A stretch of 27,336 bases of DNA from an uncultured virus (IMG/VR IMGVR_UViG_2061766007_000524) (taxonomy: Duplodnaviria; Heunggongvirae; Uroviricota; Caudoviricetes): the IMG/VR virus record IMGVR_UViG_2061766007_000524; one strand, written 5' to 3'. Position numbers and translations under genes: made by a program. The notes below the pieces were generated by a model. That model was not told where the DNA came from. It saw nothing but the letters and a program-made list of their open reading frames with translations, and did not search any database. Shown piece after piece: positions 18,533-26,011 of the stretch (position 1 is the stretch's first letter; every line of letters begins with the position of its first letter).

Positions 18533-18606
18533 TTAACCATCTCCTTCTATCTTCATTATAACCCCTGTGTCAAGAATCAACTTCACTTACTTCACGGTGA
18601 ACTTCA

Positions 18607-19752
18607 ATGCCACTTCAATGTATCAAATGCCAAAAGTTAATACAGGAAGATTTTACCTACTGCCCGTACTGCGGTAAGAAACAGGTCAAAGAAAAACGTG
18701 CAAGAACTCGCGGTAACGGTCAAGGCACTGTTTATAAGGTCGGAAACAAGTATCGTGCTGTCGTGACTGTCGGTTACTATCTGGACGATAAAGGCAAGAG
18801 AAAGCGCAAAACGAAGTCAGAACGTTTCGATACGAAGCGTGAAGCAGTACAAGCTCTCTCACGCCTTGCCAACGAACCAATAAAGAAAAAACCACGGCAG
18901 GACATTACGTTCAAAGCACTTTACGATAAGTGGCTCCCAACGCACAAGGCCGGAAAGAGTACCATTGACTGTTATAAGGCAGCAATGAAATACTTTGAGT
19001 CTGTTTGGTTCACCAAAATGCAGTACATCGACATTGATGACTTGCAAGAGTGCCTTGATGAATGCGGTAAAGGAAAAAGGACACAGCAGAACATGAAAGC
19101 TCTCTGTGGCCTTATCTATAAGTTTGGAATACCACGCATGGCGATTCCGGACAATCTCAATCTGGCTCAGTTCCTAAAGGTAAACGGTGATGACCCGTCA
19201 CATCGTTCTTCTTTTTCTGATGATGAAATAGAGAAGATAAGAAATGCAATCGGCACAGTAGAATACGCTGACTGGATTTACTGCATGATATACCTCGGCT
19301 TCCGGCCTACGGAGTTTCTGTCTCTTACTATACAGGACTATGACCCGAAAGAGAAAGCTTTTAAAGGCGGTGCTAAAACCGAAGCTGGAACAAACAGAAC
19401 CGTCACAGTCTCGCCGAAGATACAGCCATACATAGATGCCATCATAGGGAAAAGAACTGGTGGCCCTCTCATACGTTCTCCAAAAGGCGTTGCATGGGAC
19501 TATTCCAATTTCAGACAAGACGTGTTCTATCCAACTCTTGAAGCCATCGGCATAGACAATCCAAAAGGTGAAAACGGAGTGCACAAGTATTCCCCGCACT
19601 CATGCCGTCACACCTTCGCCACGCTGATGAAACGTGTTTCCGGTTCAGATAAAGACAAGCTTGAACTCATAGGCCACACGTCAACTGAAATGCTCCGGTA
19701 CTATCAGGACGTGAACATTTCCGACTTGAAAGCCATCACAGACAAGATATAA
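18607..19752 (+). CDS. int: Tyrosine integrase with N-terminal Zn-ribbon
   Basis: CIKC..CPYCG; RGNGQGTVYK arm-binding-type domain; catalytic LGFRPTE, KT, HSCRH, IGH and YY motifs. Confidence 0.95.
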   Translation: MPLQCIKCQKLIQEDFTYCPYCGKKQVKEKRARTRGNGQGTVYKVGNKYRAVVTVGYYLDDKGKRKRKTKSERFDTKREAVQALSRLANEPIKKKPRQDITFKALYDKWLPTHKAGKSTIDCYKAAMKYFESVWFTKMQYIDIDDLQECLDECGKGKRTQQNMKALCGLIYKFGIPRMAIPDNLNLAQFLKVNGDDPSHRSSFSDDEIEKIRNAIGTVEYADWIYCMIYLGFRPTEFLSLTIQDYDPKEKAFKGGAKTEAGTNRTVTVSPKIQPYIDAIIGKRTGGPLIRSPKGVAWDYSNFRQDVFYPTLEAIGIDNPKGENGVHKYSPHSCRHTFATLMKRVSGSDKDKLELIGHTSTEMLRYYQDVNISDLKAITDKI

Positions 19753-19885
19753 AAACGATTTCTACTACAACCACGTTGCAACCAGCCATTTTTATTTTTT
19801 CTCAAAAACGTGCTAAAAATTGATGTTTTTGCCTGTTTTAGTCTGTTTTTCGACCGATTTTGTGCACTTTTTAAAAAGCTCCCGA

Positions 19886-19933
19886 TGAATGGCATTCAAG
19901 AGGTCAGCGGTTCGATCCCGCTTATCTCCACCA
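19886..19933 (+). mobile_element. attP core: 3' portion of tRNA-Ala(GGC)
   Basis: TGAATGGCATTCAAGAGGTCAGCGGTTCGATCCCGCTTATCTCCACCA (anticodon arm, T arm, CCA) with no 5' half; directly downstream of int with phage genes on both sides. Arm-like repeats at 19764-19785 and 20089-20110. Confidence 0.9.
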
Positions 19934-19940
19934 AAACATG

Positions 19941-19973
19941 AACCTCGAAATCACTTCGATTTCGGGGTTTTTT
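19941..19973 (+). terminator. Terminator supplied for the host tRNA after integration
   Basis: AACCTCGAAATC-ACTTC-GATTTCGGGGTT followed by TTTT. Confidence 0.85.
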
Positions 19974-20115
19974 GTTGTTTTTTTGGCGTTTTTGCCCTGT
20001 TTTTGGCCTATTTTCGTGCATTTTTGTTTGAACGCTTTCATACAAATTTTCCGTAGAATGAAGGTAAATTAAAATAAATCAGTCTCCTGTTGCAACCACT
20101 GTTGCAGCCAACATA

Positions 20116-20232
20116 TTGACAAATCGCCTTGAATATGGTAATCTTACGGTAACGACGCTGAGTCGTGTCCATTTCTGTTTCCTTTCAAGTTTTTGCAGCG
20201 AAAGCCCTCATGAGAATATCATGAGGGCTTTT
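20116..20232 (+). ncRNA. Candidate ~80-nt sRNA with its promoter and terminator
   Basis: TTGACA(20116)-N17-TAATCT with an extended TG; anti-SD tract TCCATTTCTGTTTCCTTTC (20168-20186); 13-bp hairpin 20201-20232. Confidence 0.6.
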
Positions 20233-20461
20233 GTGCGTCTCCGAACAGGAAGTCCGGTATCATCTGTTTTTTCTTTGTGAGACACGCCAGTTTAATGTCA
20301 TAAACGCTTTTGAACATTCCAGTTTGAAGAAGAACGCCTATCGCTTCCTTGAAGTACGGGATGTTTCTCGGCAGTTGTTCCCCGCTCTCTAAATGGATGT
20401 ATTCGTCAAGAAACTCTCCAATGTTATCCCGTACTTCGTCATTTGCCAAATAGTTTGTCAA
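20219..20461 (-). CDS. Hypothetical protein
   Basis: 80-aa ORF with TTG start overlapping the upstream stop; ends inside the bidirectional hairpin. Confidence 0.6.
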   Translation of the reverse strand: MTNYLANDEVRDNIGEFLDEYIHLESGEQLPRNIPYFKEAIGVLLQTGMFKSVYDIKLACLTKKKQMIPDFLFGDAQKPS

Positions 20462-20643
20462 TCAGAATCATCTTCCTCTTTTTCCCGCTTCCTGCGCTCT
20501 CTCCTGCTACGCCGTATTTGCTCTTTGTGCGTTAGATAATACTGGCGGTNNNNNNNNNNNNNNNNNNNNNNNNNNNNNNNNNNNNNNNAAACCTGTTTCC
20601 TTCGTCTCTTGTCTCTGTATTCCTTCGGCGAAATGTATTCCAT
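20458..20643 (-). CDS. Small basic protein interrupted by an assembly gap (Ns at 20550-20588)
   Basis: RQYYLTHKEQIRR motif; true length unknown because of the gap. Confidence 0.5.
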   Translation of the reverse strand: MEYISPKEYRDKRRRKQVXXXXXXXXXXXXXXRQYYLTHKEQIRRSRRERRKREKEEDDSD

Positions 20644-20651
20644 TGTATTCC

Positions 20652-20963
20652 TTACAAATCAATGTGGAGACTGTTGATTAACTTGTTTAAGCAGACTTCA
20701 ATCAACTGTCCACAGAACTTATCCGCTTGCCACCATTCCAGAGATTCTTGGTATTCTGCTATCCAATTATTACCTTCCATGCTGCAAGCTATGTTGAAAG
20801 CTTTCGTCCAAATCGTTCCCGTGGGGCAATATGTATAGATGAAGATTACCCCACGCTTTTCCATTGCATTCAGAATACGGAGAAACGCTTTTGCAAAGTC
20901 CAGACTTATTTTGTCGGCAATATCTTCTGGAATTTCATAATCGTAACGGTCTACGCTTTGCAT
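20652..20963 (-). CDS. Hypothetical protein
   Basis: 103-aa ORF with SD GGGGA. Confidence 0.65.
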   Translation of the reverse strand: MQSVDRYDYEIPEDIADKISLDFAKAFLRILNAMEKRGVIFIYTYCPTGTIWTKAFNIACSMEGNNWIAEYQESLEWWQADKFCGQLIEVCLNKLINSLHIDL

Positions 20964-21595
20964 AGTTCTTCCCCTGTGATAAGCTCACTGTACGGCAACA
21001 TACGAATGACTTTTCTGAAATCTTCCCACTCTGAAAGCTTGTGGCCTTTTCTGGCATGGTACATGTGCTTCAACACCTGATAGTTCCCGTACCATGTTCT
21101 CAGTTGGTTATAGCCTGACGGAAGAAACTGGATGATGGTTTTCCACAACTGCTTTTTCACAAACGGGTCTGTTTCTTGCAGATAGTCAATTCTAATATCG
21201 TTAAGGTCAGTTACAACAGCGTCCAATAGATTCTGGTCATCAATGCTGAAATCTTCCTTGGTAAACGGCCTATTGGTAATCGTGTGCATTGTGCTGCAAC
21301 TGTTTGTGACCGTTCCTACCTTATACGTTTCAAACTGTTTAAAAAAGTACAGCGGTGCTGTAATGTCCACGTAGACTGGAAGCATCCGCATGAACTTCCC
21401 ATGGTCATCACCAGCGTTCGCCAGCTTCATCATCAGAGCATGGTCAGCTTCGCCAATGTTGAATATGCTCACAGGCCCCGTGTATTCCCACTTGCTATCT
21501 GACTTATCCCAACTGTCATACGGATTACGACAGCCCCGGACAACTGCTTCCCATTGGCTTCCGCTTGGTACTATGATGTTTTCCACCTTTAACAT
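20951..21595 (-). CDS. ThyX-like phage protein
   Basis: GCRNPYDSWDKSDS...HGKFMR...DITAPLYFFKQFETYKVGT..NSCSTMH...LPSGYNQLRT...RKGHKLSEW; lacks the canonical RHR motif, so activity is uncertain. Confidence 0.6.
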   Translation of the reverse strand: MLKVENIIVPSGSQWEAVVRGCRNPYDSWDKSDSKWEYTGPVSIFNIGEADHALMMKLANAGDDHGKFMRMLPVYVDITAPLYFFKQFETYKVGTVTNSCSTMHTITNRPFTKEDFSIDDQNLLDAVVTDLNDIRIDYLQETDPFVKKQLWKTIIQFLPSGYNQLRTWYGNYQVLKHMYHARKGHKLSEWEDFRKVIRMLPYSELITGEELCKA

Positions 21596-21971
21596 AATGT
21601 GCTTCTCCCTCTGTCATTAAATTGTATTTCCGTCTCTGGCTCATTTCCGCTGCATCAATGTACTTCGTCGGCACGTTCAGCACCGTAATCAGCACGTTAT
21701 CCATAAACACATAGACATAGTGGTTATACGCTCTGATATTGTTTGCCGTACCGTATGCTCCGTACAGCCCATCCAGATAGTTCCTAAACGGCCCATAGGT
21801 ATCGTGCCACGTCACGCCGTATTTCATTGCTCTCTCAATGTTCTTCTTTACGGCTGACCTCGGAATCCCCAAACGTTCCCTTGCACGTCTTTCCCCGTGG
21901 TACGTTATTCTGACTTCTTCCTTCTTATAATATGTATTCTGTCGCTTAGTTCCTTTCTTCTTATCTCCCAT
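21525..21971 (-). CDS. Hypothetical phage protein
   Basis: ITYHGERRARERLG...YVFMDNVLITVL; start placed at ATG 21971 (SD AAGGTGG). Confidence 0.6.
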   Translation of the reverse strand: MGDKKKGTKRQNTYYKKEEVRITYHGERRARERLGIPRSAVKKNIERAMKYGVTWHDTYGPFRNYLDGLYGAYGTANNIRAYNHYVYVFMDNVLITVLNVPTKYIDAAEMSQRRKYNLMTEGEAHYVKGGKHHSTKRKPMGSSCPGLS

Positions 21972-21981
21972 GACTTCCACC

Positions 21982-22236
21982 TTACATATTAGCTGTTCGC
22001 ACGTAGTTAGGCGCTCCGTCTTCGTAATGCTCAATCAGCCGCCTGTACTTCACAATGTCCATCATCTGCAACTTGTTCTCGTACCACTGTTCTTCGTACT
22101 TTTTCTTTTCTCTTTCGAGCTGGCAAGTCAGATTCTTGCACTCCGCTTTGAGACGGTTTATCTCGTCCATGTTCTTTTGGACGTATGCCAGCAAATCGCT
22201 GTAGGACATTTTCTCGATGCTCTTTGTCTTAGCCAT
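21982..22236 (-). CDS. Coiled-coil hypothetical protein
   Basis: Start placed at ATG 22236 (MAKTKSIEK), overlapping the HNH gene stop. Confidence 0.6.
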   Translation of the reverse strand: MAKTKSIEKMSYSDLLAYVQKNMDEINRLKAECKNLTCQLEREKKKYEEQWYENKLQMMDIVKYRRLIEHYEDGAPNYVRTANM

Positions 22237-22591
22237 CACTTTTTCCCTTTCCGTACATTCCTGTTCTTTTATAGATTTCAGCAGCAAATTGCACATCCCG
22301 TATTTGATTGGTAAGATTATCAACCCATTCAAGATTCGTCACTGAGTTGTTTTGCTTGTTACCGTCTATGTGGTTTACTTGCGGTAATCCTTCCGGGTTA
22401 GGTATGAACGCTTTGGCTACAAGTCTGTGAACACGATGCTTTTCACATTTCCCGTTACGCGACAGTCCGATTTTTAAATAACCTTTTTTGTTCTCATACG
22501 GCTTCAATATCCCGTTTACACTTTTCACTCTACCCCATGTGCTAACGGCATATCTTCCATCGTACCCTTCAATTTCTCTCCATATCTCCAT
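22229..22591 (-). CDS. NUMOD4/HNH homing endonuclease-type protein
   Basis: EIWREIEGYDGRYAVSTWGRVKS; VHRLVAKAFIPNP..LPQVNHIDGNKQNNSVTNLEW. Confidence 0.92.
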   Translation of the reverse strand: MEIWREIEGYDGRYAVSTWGRVKSVNGILKPYENKKGYLKIGLSRNGKCEKHRVHRLVAKAFIPNPEGLPQVNHIDGNKQNNSVTNLEWVDNLTNQIRDVQFAAEIYKRTGMYGKGKSDG

Positions 22592-22814
22592 CGTTTTCTC
22601 TTACCTCTGTGCTTTCCAAAACTTTCAATACAATCTTGTCCAACAAATAACTTACTGTGTCGGGCCAAAAGAATATATTTGGTTCAATTAAGAGCAATTG
22701 TTTTTGTACGTACTCAATCTCTTTAACAAAATCTTCGACACGGATGTATTCAGTCTTCGTTCTCAAACAGTTCTTCTTCGTCTCCGGACTTTTCTCTGAA
22801 TCTATCTTCATCAA
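22569..22814 (-). CDS. Hypothetical protein
   Basis: 81-aa ORF packed in the operon; start uncertain. Confidence 0.5.
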   Translation of the reverse strand: MMKIDSEKSPETKKNCLRTKTEYIRVEDFVKEIEYVQKQLLLIEPNIFFWPDTVSYLLDKIVLKVLESTEVRENDGDMERN

Positions 22815-23094
22815 TCTTCACCCGCAAATCATCGAATATCGACTTGATGTAGTCTGTCGCTTCCTTCATCAGCATAAGAACATCTTTCACGGTCTTAGTG
22901 TTCTCGTCCATGATTGCATCACGCCCAACCTGTTCCAGCAGCCTGTTAAACAGGAAGTCCAGTCTCGTGAAGTAACCGATTACGATAAAGTAATCGCTTC
23001 CCGCATTTTCTCCGCTCTCTCTGACTTTCTTTCTTTCCAGAGTGTACTGCAATGGGTCAGCATCAATGTAATAGTCCTTGTAAACTTGTACCAC
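22750..23094 (-). CDS. Hypothetical phage protein
   Basis: YYIDADPLQYTL...IGYFTRL pattern; SD GAAAGGA. Confidence 0.65.
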   Translation of the reverse strand: MVQVYKDYYIDADPLQYTLERKKVRESGENAGSDYFIVIGYFTRLDFLFNRLLEQVGRDAIMDENTKTVKDVLMLMKEATDYIKSIFDDLRVKIDEDRFREKSGDEEELFENED

Positions 23095-23111
23095 GTTGTT
23101 TCACTTCCTTT

Positions 23112-23336
23112 CTAACTTAGGATGTACGTTATAGCCGGAAGGATGAACAGCCAAACCAGCCGTTCATTCCCTGTCTGGTAAATCGTCCACGTTATCGCCG
23201 CTGTCATGCAAAGGCACAGCACCATTGTGAACATCGTAGACAGAATGTTGAAGATTATATAAAGCCTGTAGCCGTAGATACCAAGCTCGTTTTTCACTTC
23301 TTCGGATTCAAAATCGTCGTAATCTCTCTCAGGCAT
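23112..23336 (-). CDS. Small two-TM membrane protein
   Basis: Two hydrophobic segments; SD GAGGT. Confidence 0.6.
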   Translation of the reverse strand: MPERDYDDFESEEVKNELGIYGYRLYIIFNILSTMFTMVLCLCMTAAITWTIYQTGNERLVWLFILPAITYILS

Positions 23337-23787
23337 TTTTTACCTCTTGATATTCCAGATTGTTGTACACAAACTTTTTCAGACGTGAGTTGCTTCCGAA
23401 CAGTTTTTTTGCCAGTGCTGCCGTGAAAGCGTCCACTGGAGAATCTTCTTCGCTTTCCATTTTCTTTACAATGGTCTTTGTCCCATCCGACCAGAACACA
23501 ATCGTCCTGTCCCCCGATTTCAGAATCCGATTAACTGATAGTTCCACAACCTTCGGCTTTTCTTCCGGCTGCTCCATGTATTTTTTCTGCTCGGCATCCC
23601 ATTCTTCAATGCACTGGTCGAAGAACTCAGCCATGTCATGAAAGCAATCCATTGTCTTGTTCAGTTCTTTCGCATTGACAAAATAAATTGCTCCATCATC
23701 TGTTGCTGCGTAAATATTCTCACCAAGAGATTTCTCGTTTGCTTTGTACAAGTCCATGAATGTTTCCATCTTAATTTCTGCTTTCAT
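23329..23787 (-). CDS. Hypothetical phage protein
   Basis: C-terminal RTIVFWSDGTKTIVK...AFTAALAKKLFG pattern. Confidence 0.7.
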   Translation of the reverse strand: MKAEIKMETFMDLYKANEKSLGENIYAATDDGAIYFVNAKELNKTMDCFHDMAEFFDQCIEEWDAEQKKYMEQPEEKPKVVELSVNRILKSGDRTIVFWSDGTKTIVKKMESEEDSPVDAFTAALAKKLFGSNSRLKKFVYNNLEYQEVKNA

Positions 23788-24059
23788 TCCACAATCACCT
23801 TATTATCAAATTTTGCGTAGGCATCAAGATACCATTCTTTTTTATCGCCGTTGTATGTCAACTCAAACATCATTCCTTCCCTAATCAGCGGCACAGTCGA
23901 AATGATGTACTTCCAGTTTTGAAGCGTCTTGCACTTCCAGACAATAACAAACGCAAGTGAACCTAACGCCATATTTCGGTAAGTTAGATGGTCGAAAGTT
24001 AAAAGCTCTTTCACATAATTCTTAGCTATATCCAACGCCATCTTGTCCATATCTTTCAT
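23784..24059 (-). CDS. DUF6275-like protein
   Basis: VWKCKTLQNWK...ELTYNGDKKEWYLDAY. Confidence 0.8.
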   Translation of the reverse strand: MKDMDKMALDIAKNYVKELLTFDHLTYRNMALGSLAFVIVWKCKTLQNWKYIISTVPLIREGMMFELTYNGDKKEWYLDAYAKFDNKVIVE

Positions 24060-24060
24060 T

Positions 24061-24522
24061 TCATGCCCCCGTTGAACCAAATCCGTTTTCGCCGCGCTCT
24101 GTTTCTTCCAGCTCGTCTACAACTTGCAGTGCATCACACAAACAAGGCTGAATGATAATCTGACAGATTTTATCGCCCTTATGTACAATGTACGGTTCTG
24201 AGCCAAAGTTATACAGCTTCACCTTGATGCTCCCCGTATAACCGGAATCAATCACACCGCCACAGCTCACCACATGATGCTTCACGTTGAGACCGCTCCG
24301 GCTTTCCAACTTGCCGAAGTACCCCTTCGGAATCTCCATGTGCACACCAGTGTCAAACGTCTCCCCCATCGGCAGCAGCTTCGCCTTGCCAGATTGCAGC
24401 TCCGTATAACTGATGTGTCTCGGCATGATTGTCTTTTCTTCCATAGAATACAAATCAAGTCCTGCATCAGTGTAGTGCGCTCTTGTCGGCAAGGTCGCTC
24501 CGGGGTCTAACTTAATCTTCAT
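24061..24522 (-). CDS. dut: Trimeric dUTPase
   Basis: AGLDL, SRSGL, GVIDSGYTG, KICQ and RGENGFGSTG motifs; start at ATG 24522. Confidence 0.95.
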   Translation of the reverse strand: MKIKLDPGATLPTRAHYTDAGLDLYSMEEKTIMPRHISYTELQSGKAKLLPMGETFDTGVHMEIPKGYFGKLESRSGLNVKHHVVSCGGVIDSGYTGSIKVKLYNFGSEPYIVHKGDKICQIIIQPCLCDALQVVDELEETERGENGFGSTGA

Positions 24523-24868
24523 TCTCCATTTCCTCTCTTTCTTCTTTTTCCCTGTCCAAAATCCATTTCTCAAACTGGTCTAACACGTTATCCATCTTCT
24601 TCCCTTTAAACGTGTAATGTCTGTTTGGCCCTACGCAATAACAGTGCAACGTCATTGCAATGATATAAGGTTCGTCTCTGTAGTCTTTCGACGAAAAGTA
24701 ATCGTCATACTCAAAGCTGATTTCAATTGCACCTTCATAGCTCTTGCAGCAGTTATCTCTTTCTAACTGCCGCTGTATCAATCCGAACAGCCGACCTCTC
24801 AAATCAAAGAATCTGTTTCTCACACAACCGTCATTCACAGTCTGAACGTTTCCCCCTTCCCCTTCCAA
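24512..24868 (-). CDS. Hypothetical protein
   Basis: ORF of up to 118 aa in the operon; start uncertain. Confidence 0.6.
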   Translation of the reverse strand: MEGEGGNVQTVNDGCVRNRFFDLRGRLFGLIQRQLERDNCCKSYEGAIEISFEYDDYFSSKDYRDEPYIIAMTLHCYCVGPNRHYTFKGKKMDNVLDQFEKWILDREKEEREEMENED

Positions 24869-25190
24869 GTGTTTGTTTCTTCAAAGGATATTTCAACAAG
24901 TTCTCTATTGCCAACTCCTGCGGTATATTCGGTGCTACCACCACAAGCAAGTCACCAAAGAACGTGCTATTGAAGAACTTCTTCATTTCTGCCCTGTACA
25001 GAACGTAGGTCTCTGCCGTTGCAACGTATCTCTTTACGCCGCCCCTGTTCAACTTCTCCCAATCCTGCACAGCTTGAAACACAACAGCATATGCCAGCTT
25101 CTTTACGACCTTATCATCAAAGTGTATTGCGGCTTCCTTCATCGGAATTTTCTCTAACGGAACTCCGTTAACATTTATCTCCTTATCCAA
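24831..25190 (-). CDS. Hypothetical phage protein
   Basis: LAYAVVFQAVQDW...MKKFFNSTFF pattern. Confidence 0.65.
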   Translation of the reverse strand: MDKEINVNGVPLEKIPMKEAAIHFDDKVVKKLAYAVVFQAVQDWEKLNRGGVKRYVATAETYVLYRAEMKKFFNSTFFGDLLVVVAPNIPQELAIENLLKYPLKKQTLGRGRGKRSDCE

Positions 25191-25230
25191 AAACCTGTTC
25201 TTCGTGTTTCCACCGTGTAGATTTCCCGTA

Positions 25231-25398
25231 TCACTTATCCCTCTCTTTCATAATGTCTCCCACCGTCCTTTCAATGTCCTTCTGCATTTCTTCCGAATCA
25301 TTCTGGAACTCCATGTCCTGCATCTTCAAACACATGATGCAAAACACCACCATCCCTATCAGGCTCAGACACAACAGCCCAACACAAACAAAAGTCAT
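25231..25398 (-). CDS. Small membrane protein (55 aa; not in the ORF track)
   Basis: MTFVCVGLLCLSLIGMVVFCIMCLKMQDMEF...; SD GAGGA; ATGA overlap with the upstream ORF. Confidence 0.6.
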   Translation of the reverse strand: MTFVCVGLLCLSLIGMVVFCIMCLKMQDMEFQNDSEEMQKDIERTVGDIMKERDK

Positions 25399-25571
25399 CT
25401 TTTCCTCTTTCCTTTCCCGTTCTCGGCACTAAGCACCGATGAAACAACATCATTCACTTTAATCTCCAACTGCAACGCTGACATACACGCTTCAAAAAAC
25501 TTCCGTTCTTCCACCGTCTTCGCTTTCGTGTACATCACATTCGCAATCCTATAAGCTTCTTCCGCTGTCAC
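25395..25571 (-). CDS. Hypothetical protein (58 aa), first gene of the accessory operon
   Basis: GTG start giving MTAEEAYRIANVMY...; the track's longer 137-aa version runs through a terminator and repeats. Confidence 0.55.
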   Translation of the reverse strand: MTAEEAYRIANVMYTKAKTVEERKFFEACMSALQLEIKVNDVVSSVLSAENGKGKRKR

Positions 25572-25675
25572 ATTATGTCTACCATCCTTCCGTCTGTTTT
25601 CGCGGCTCTCTACTTTTAGCATAAACCATGTGTCAAGTACGAAACTTTCAATTATTAAGGCTATTTCCCTCACTT

Positions 25676-25735
25676 CGTTACAACCAGTGCTGCAACCAAC
25701 CTGACAACCACACGTCAACCATCTGGCAACCACTT
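25676..25735 (+). repeat. Five phased CAACCA direct repeats
   Basis: CAACCA at 25681, 25693, 25705, 25716 and 25727. Confidence 0.8.
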
Positions 25736-25748
25736 GACCGCACAACGC

Positions 25749-25786
25749 AAAAGACCCGCAGCCCAACCGGACTACAGGTCTTTTTT
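25749..25786 (-). terminator. Intrinsic terminator closing the RNA cluster
   Basis: GACCUGUAGUCC-GGUU-GGGCUGCGGGUC-UUUU on the minus strand. Confidence 0.75.
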
Positions 25787-25937
25787 CACTATACGAATTA
25801 TTATACAAATATACAATAACCGTGTAGACTGGAAAGGGGCGTCTACACGGTTATCTCGAAAAAAGGACCACATGAAGCCAAAGTAACATGGCGCGGGATG
25901 GTAAACCATCAGGCCGTCTCGCAGCTCTCCGCGCCAC

Positions 25938-26011
25938 TGGCACTGATTTATGGTGCTGACCCACATCTTACAGGTTCAAAGCCTGTCGTGCTACCGTTAC
26001 ACCAAACCAGT
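25938..26011 (-). tRNA. tRNA-Gln(UUG) with an atypical T loop
   Basis: Acceptor ACUGGUU/AAUCAGU + G-CCA; D arm GUG-UAACGGUAG-CAC; anticodon arm ACAGG-CUUUGAA-CCUGU; T arm UGUGG-GUCAGCA-CCAUA. Confidence 0.7.

Noticed and set aside
19886..19933. Functional tRNA-Ala gene
   Set aside because: The 5' acceptor strand and D arm are absent; it is the att core.
20550..20588. N run as a biologically variable locus
   Set aside because: It is an assembly gap; nothing can be inferred without reads.
25676..25735. CRISPR or mini-array interpretation of the CAACCA repeats
   Set aside because: Repeats are 6 bp with 5-6-bp gaps, far too short, and no cas genes are present.
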